Assembly: GCA_964016885.1 (NCBI GenBank)
Contig: OZ024750.1
Coordinates: forward strand, 50,778,001 to 50,842,000
Length of the DNA: 64,000 nucleotides
DNA from: Eledone cirrhosa
Lineage: Eukaryota
Direction: 5' to 3'
In this document: positions 57,535 to 64,000 of the stretch, piece by piece
Layout of the letters: each line of letters opens with the position of its first letter
How positions within the stretch are numbered: the stretch's first letter is position 1
Position numbers and translations under genes: made by a program
Notes under the pieces: generated by a model
Databases searched by the model: none
What the model saw: only the letters and a program-made list of their open reading frames with translations
Told to the model about the DNA's origin: nothing

Positions 57535-58692
57535 TCTCCTGTGAGTTTCCCAATATATTACCACGGAGGTAAACATATCTTCATAGATTCAGAGTGGACA
57601 TTAGTTTTCTAATAAAACATGCTTTCTCCGTAAACCCCAGATTCATTGTGTCTTTATGTTTCAAGTTCCGTTCCTCTGTCTCTATTGAAATAACATATTT
57701 TGCTTTGTCGAATTGATATTGTGTTCTGTTAATCTGGTGTGCAATTCTGTTTTGATTCAAAATATGTTGCTCAACTCTTGACTTTTCTCTTGTTATGGAT
57801 TCTGACTGCGCAGCGTTTTCTTGTTTGTCTTTGCTTTCGCTGATAGACTTATATATTTTCTCTAAGTTTTGTGCCTCGTCTTGACATTTTAACGCAGAAT
57901 TTACACAGCTACAAGCGACTTCTTACTTCGTTCTCCGAATGATTCATTCAGCTTGTAGATGTAAACCAAATCTTTGCTGTTTCTTTTTTGCTATGCTATT
58001 ACCAGATAGTTTGGCGCCCCTAACCGTTTTGCTTTATCAATGCACGTCTCTGCAGACTAGATCATTCAAACGAACCTTGTGCAGCAAACTCTGAAAGAGA
58101 TATACTATTTTTTCTAACCAAATTTCATGTACAGGCGTGCATCAACCCGCCTGGAGATTATCAACGAGAAATATAGAATTTGTTGAAGGCGTAATCCTTA
58201 AAACATACCACATCTTCATAGTTATTTTTTGTCATCGAATCGTGGATGTTTGTTAAATGAAAGGAATTAGAAAAAGAAGGAAAGAAAGCAGAAGAAGCAT
58301 TCAACCCTTCCGATAGCGAAACGCTTGAAACCGCCCCTGGTTCTAAGATAGAAATCTCTCGTATTAAAATGTTAACCTTCTCAATTTTATGTTTGTAGAT
58401 TTCATACTTCAAAAACCAGATTAACAATGTAAAATTCAATTATTTTACTAAAGTACACAAAAGTCTTGATTATTTTCAAAATTAATTAAAATTTATAGGC
58501 AGTGCATTTCATTAGAAATGCGGTAACGAAATGATTAAACCTTCCAAATACTATCAAATATTCTTGATAATGTCTTGCTGGACAACTGACAACAGAAGTT
58601 GTTGCATCCTTGTGAGGGATGGCGTTATTGCTAAGACAATATACAATGTTTTCCTATGGAAAGATTGCACTCGCATAATTTTTTTAAACATC

Positions 58693-60100
58693 TTAGGTTG
58701 CGTAATCTCCTCTATACAAAGAGGTAGGCCACGGGTAGGCAGAGGGGGCTCCGCTGAGGCAGATCTCAAGCAGATGGTCACGGCGTAGGAAGTTAAACGC
58801 ATTCCTGATGTTAATCATGACAATGAGGAGCCTGGAGACCCTGGATACCGATTCCCGTGGGTAGCTATTGAAGAACTGCATGGTTGCATGTGCGGCCCCC
58901 TCACAGCCACTGGACACGCCGACACCCAGTTGCACCGGACTGAGCACCTCACCCAGTTCAGGTGTGATGGACCCGCAGACCAACTTAACAGCCAACCTCC
59001 GGAAAGCATTGCCCAGTGCGATGGGGCGTACGTCAGACGTCGAGTGTGAGGGTCCAGGACGCCATGGGTAAACCTATTAGTGAGTGCCACAATTGCGCTC
59101 AGAAGGCGTCACCCGGCCTCAGCGGAGGAGGGGGGGGACAACAACTCCTTGAGGTGGTCAGGTGGGAGGCTATCAGTACCTCCGCTGCTGTTGGCTGGGA
59201 AAGCCTTAATGGCAGGCATGATGTCTGCGTCGGAAGCCACAAAGAGCAAGTGAGGATCAGGTAGGGGTGTGGGTCTGAGGTTGGTGGGTGGTTCAGGGTG
59301 TTTGAGCGGCAGGGCAGCCATTATCTCCTCGGTGGGTTGGAGGACAGTGTCCTCCGAGGCAACCACTCTTACTGCAGCCGAGACATCACCTTCCATTTGT
59401 TTAACGTTTACGCTATCGCGTAAACGCTTTACGCTGGCCTCAGGGGTCGAAGATTGAAGACACCCGAGAGCAGAGGGTGTGGTGTCCTTGGTCACACTCG
59501 GGATGGGCGCTTGCCCAAAGGACGACACATTGGCATTACAAAAGCTGCTGTTGACAAGCCGCCTCGGTCAATGCCAGAGTTCGGGAGGCCGTGTGGGGCG
59601 AAATAAAAAAAGGTGTTCCTAGTCGCTGGCTCGATTAGAGTCCAGCGCACTCTGGATTGAGAAAGCAAGGGCATCGGCTGCCGGCACCCGGACTGCTTTC
59701 GAGATCTTGAGCGGAATATTCCGAAGCCGCCTGAGCCGAGCGAGGCTTGAGCATCAGACAAGCTCGCTATCTCATCTGGTGGTGTAATTGACGGCCGCGG
59801 CTAGGAAGACGAGGGAAAGAGGTAGTTGCTGCATCTTCACGCTGCGAGGACACTGGAGGCTCGACGCTTCAAGCCAGCGCTAGTAAGATGGTGGAAACAG
59901 CCGCATCCGGAACGGTTCCGGCTCCTCTTCCGCCTGTTCAGTGTGGCGCATGTGCTGCAGGTGTCGACTGGTGGCGATGGAGCATGGGGCCTGAAGCCGG
60001 GGACTGAAGCACTAAGCGACCTGAAGGGTGAGTGGCTGGTTGTCACCGGCCTGGGTGCTAGGCTCAACGGTATGTGAGTGGAAGGGAAAAATGGAATTAT
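58693..60100 (-). pseudogene. CRE-clade (RLE-type) non-LTR retrotransposon RT N-terminal relic
   Basis: EGDVSAAVRVVAS..LKHP..IKAFPANSSGGTDSLPPDHLKELL, then VQLGVGVSSGCEGAAHA..IRNAFNFLRRD. Frameshifted, GC-rich island. Confidence 0.8.
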
Positions 60101-60404
60101 GTGGATGTGGGTATGGTTATGATATGAGGGAGGCCTCATAGCTCACTTACACCAGATCCGGAGGCGAGAGAAGACAAGACAGAAAAAGAGGGTGGCGAAT
60201 GGAGGAGGGGCAGGCGGGACATACGAGAAAATAAAAATAAATAAATAAATGAATAAATAAATAAGTGGATATGTAAAACCAGCGGGTGTTCTCAGTAGAA
60301 AAACTTAGATATCAGTATGTATATATGTGAGCACGTTAACAGTTTCTCATAGAATTATGTTTCAAAAAATGAGTCGATAAATCCTGGAAATGTATGTTGT
60401 TGTT

Positions 60405-61080
60405 AATGTCACTGTATAAGATGTACTGGGGGACTGTGTAGGAATAAGAATTTAATATACATAGGTAAAACAGTTCGTAGCATAGGAGAAATGATAAGTG
60501 AACACTGACAAGAACTCCAGGATGGGAAAAAACTCATCAGGGGCACATTAGAGAACATAGAAATAAAAATGATATCCACACACAGAAAAGATGCAATGCA
60601 CAGGTAAATCACAGAGGCAACAAACATAAACGAACTCCAATTAAAATTAAACAGAAAACATTAATGGAATAGAAAAGGACAAAATGAAGATATTCAGACA
60701 CAGACAACAACCGAACTAACAAAACAAATCAGACACACACACAGATAGAACAAACAACCAACTAGTGACAAGTAAATAAACGCATAATTAAATAAAAACA
60801 CCCACACACACCCGGATGTAACGCGTGCGCAACTAAGCACCCAACACACAACACACAAGACAAGATGGTGTAAGACAGACAAAGGAGAGAGACACACAAA
60901 ATAAAAAAAACGTAGTCACTGAGGAGATCACAGAATGTGTGACGAAAGACCGTTGCCAATATATAAACAACCATCCGGTTATCGAACCATCAAGCAACCG
61001 AAAATTTATAATAAATTGAAGTGAAAACCAACAGGTGCGTGTGTTTTATCGGCAATATGACCCTCCCAAAGTATAACAAT
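60405..61080 (+). mobile_element. Degenerate family A PLE 3' end; HHR at 60915-60957
   Basis: YIGKTVRSIGE..SEH relic. Motif GTCA-CTGAGGA-GATCACA..TGTGAC-GAAA. Confidence 0.8.
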
Positions 61081-61210
61081 ATATATACATATGTGTGTTT
61101 GTGTGTGTGTGTATGTTTGTCTGTGTGTATGTGTGTGTGTGAATCTCGAGTTCAATCGAGGTAAGTAAGGTACTAAATACATAAGTAGGGTATATACAGA
61201 ATTTAACACA

Positions 61211-61312
61211 GAAATGGCTTTTACAGGCCTAGAACTATTTCTTTCGAAGGAAATCAGGCTTTCCTGATGGTTTCCTTTGATTGAAACAGTTCTAGTCTTG
61301 TAAAAGCAATTT
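61211..61312 (+). mobile_element. Degenerate family E-like HHR hairpin
   Basis: GCTTTTACAGGCCTAGAACT pairs with AGTTCTAGTCTTGTAAAAGC. Core reads CTGATGG..GAAA. Confidence 0.55.
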
Positions 61313-61371
<59 letters not shown>

Positions 61372-61384
61372 ATATATATATATC

Positions 61385-61777
61385 GTTATACGTTGGGAGG
61401 GTCAAGTTGCCAGTAAAAACACATGCACCTGCTAGTATTCATTTCAATTTATTATAAATTTCCGGTTGTTTGGCTGGCTGGTTCGATAACTGGATGGGTT
61501 TCTTTTAATATATTGTCAAAGCTCTTTCGTCACACATTTTGTGACCTCCTCGGTGACTAGGTTTTTATTTTATGTGTCTCTCCTTTCTTCTGTCCTACAC
61601 CATTTTGTTTTTGGTCATCGAAACAACCAACCAACCGGAAATTCATAATGAATTGAAGTGAAAACTAACAGATGCGTGTGTTTTTATAGGCAGCATGACC
61701 CTCCCAAAGTATAACAATATCTTTTTCAACACACGATTTCAGATAAGAAATCTTGCAAAACAAATTTAAAATCGAAT

Positions 61778-61845
<68 letters not shown>

Positions 61846-61940
61846 TATTGTTATACTTTGGGAGGGTCATGTTGCCAATATCGGTTTCAACACACGTTTT
61901 CATATAAAGAATCTTGCTAAACAAATTCAGAAACGAAATA
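61385..61940. mobile_element. Family A pLTR hairpin cassettes (61385-61778 and 61848-61938)
   Basis: Inverted copies of the family A pLTR separated by (TA)n. Confidence 0.75.
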
Positions 61941-62614
61941 TATATATGTATAAATACATGTCATATATATATGTGTGTGCAGTTTTTTGCAATTCTTGCA
62001 ATCATTTTACAGGTTCTGAATCCATCCGCCCAAACCGGGGTTTCTTCCCTTGTAGGGTAAACACGTGGGGTAATCATTCCAACATCACTACTGCTAGCAA
62101 CCCTCTCGCCGACTGGGAACAAAATACCTGTTGACGAAATGGCAGCCTTGTTCGATCATTATACCAAAAGCTTACAATGAATGCAGGCAGTGTAATTGAT
62201 TTAGATTTCACAGAAACCTCCCACTGGATTATACCTTCAATTTCCAGGAGGTCCAGGTAAATTCTTTTGTTATACTTGTTTAGCTTGCTTCGCCTTTTGG
62301 GCTCCGGTGCCTGATAGCTTCATGACAGCCGTTTTCAGGTTGTTTGGCCTCTATAACGTATGTTAATTTCTCTGGTCTTCTTTTAGTCCATTGAACGCTT
62401 GCCGCATATCTCGAAACTTGCGTTTCGCTTTGTTTTTGACCACAGACGAAATACGATCTCGCTGAAATTATTTTTGTGTATTGTAGGATAACGATAAATC
62501 GTTAAAGATAATCCGATAAGAGTCTATGAAAACTACTTATTATGGACAGTTTAAGCGTACGGTGCTGTGTGACTCAACAAGATGTTTACGTTGGTGACGA
62601 TTTTATGACTTCAC

Positions 62615-64000
62615 TTGTATTCCTATGTAAATATATCTTGGAGTAATAAAAAGGTGAAGAATAACATGGTTGACAGTACAAACAAGGAAATTTATTTACA
62701 GTCTTGCAATTGTTTCCACGATAGATTTGACTATAAATTGCTAAATACTGGAGACAGTATAACTCAATTTACAATACATCTAAATTCAGTCATTTCATCA
62801 GAGTCTATTAAGAAATATAAAATATATGCGTAACGGTAAACTTAAAAATTCAAATTGCTACATCAATAATAGTATTAATGATAAATATATAAAGGAAGGG
62901 GGACAGATGGAAATGAGAGAGAAAGAAAGAAAATTACGAAAGAAGGAACTAAGATAGTTTTAAATGTATAACCGGCAAAAGTTACGAAATCAAACTATCA
63001 CATCAAAACAAATATAATTTTAATAATAATAAAGATATATATAGAAAGGGGGAAGGGGGGCATATAGCATAGGCAAAGAGTAAGGATAAGTAAGGAAGAT
63101 GAGAAAGAAATAGAGTAAGATTAAGAGGGATGAGGGAGCAGAGGAAGATAGAAATTAATCGTGAATATGGGGATATGAAGAAGAGAGAAAAGAAAATAGA
63201 CATACGGACGAATATACATTACTATGTAAAATAGCTAGTTTGAGATGTATTATATTATAGGATAAAATTATCGGGATAAAGTATGTTTAAGTGGAGAAAT
63301 ACAAAGACAAATGGTGTATATATATAAGATAATAAATGATGTAAATACAAATAAAAATAAAAATAATGATGTTAATACAAATGTGTTTAAGTTATTCTTA
63401 CGTAAATATGAAGCTTGTGATAATTTGATACCGTAATAAGTGCTAAAATTATGAAAAGGAATAAGGAGTAGAAAATGGAGTTAAGTTTGTCTAAAGTTCG
63501 GGAACTTCGATGCTGATTTATGCCGGCAAAAGATAGTTTGCTCAATTCTGCTGTTAAGAAGGGTTTTACTAAAATTAAGAATTTGGAAGAGTTCCATATT
63601 ACAGAGCCTACAATGGGACATACCAGTTTGATAGACTTTAGCAGATGACAGTATTTTCCAGCTGATCTCGTATTTAATGCCTGCATTCTTGAGTTGACAT
63701 ATTTTATTGGCAAGAGTTGTTGTATTTGATTGATTCTTATTAATCCTAGAATGTCTGTGCACGTACCACCGTTTTTTTAAAACACCAGCTGTGGAACCAA
63801 TGTAATACCATGCCAAGCTACCTGAGTTGATAGTACACGCGTATACTACGTTTTTCTCAAGGTTTAGTAGAAGGTTTAGTAGAAGGCAATTGTCGGGTAA
63901 GTGGCAATTGCATAGAAATGTTTCCTAAGCGCCGGTTCTACTATATGATTTTGAAGATTGTTATGTATGGGCTGCGAATTAGGTTTGTTGGTGTATTGTG
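62615..64000 (-). mobile_element. Hydra-like PLE 3' end (GIY-YIG ~63481-63915) with family C-like pLTR; HHR 62699-62808 (-)
   Basis: CNCHLPDNCL.., WYYIGSTAG..RWYVH..CRLCNME. Minus strand CTGATGA...GAAA-CAATTG-CA. Confidence 0.85.

Noticed and set aside
57530-58690. Coding-like sequence next to the Helitron (possible Rep/helicase or exon)
   Set aside because: Stops occur in the frames examined and no diagnostic motif was recognised. It needs BLASTx.

Overview
AT-rich, microsatellite-dense eukaryotic (metazoan) DNA with no recognisable host protein-coding gene, rRNA, tRNA gene or CRISPR. The SINE types and the RTE LINE with C2H2 fingers suggest a mollusc/cephalopod (inference only). The window is almost entirely transposon-derived. 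It holds at least 9 Penelope-like element (PLE) bodies, of Neptune/Nematis-like and CxCx5C 'Hydra-like' GIY-YIG types. It also holds a (GATA)n-targeted L1/Tx1 cluster, two RTE LINE pieces (one with a twin-priming inversion and three C2H2 fingers), a CRE-type RT relic, a full-length IR/DR Tc1, a hAT MITE, two non-autonomous Helitrons and tandem tRNA-SINE arrays. The main hidden signal is about 20 minimal type-I hammerhead ribozyme (HHR) motifs from many unrelated PLE pseudo-LTR (pLTR) families. Many sit in small ORF-less asymmetric hairpin cassettes (190-520 bp) inserted in (TA)n. Most short arms end at an internal TA, and some cassettes fold back exactly at HHR stem II. A 5.2-kb PLE palindrome shows the same architecture at large scale. 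All calls were made by eye and coordinates are approximate unless a motif is quoted.
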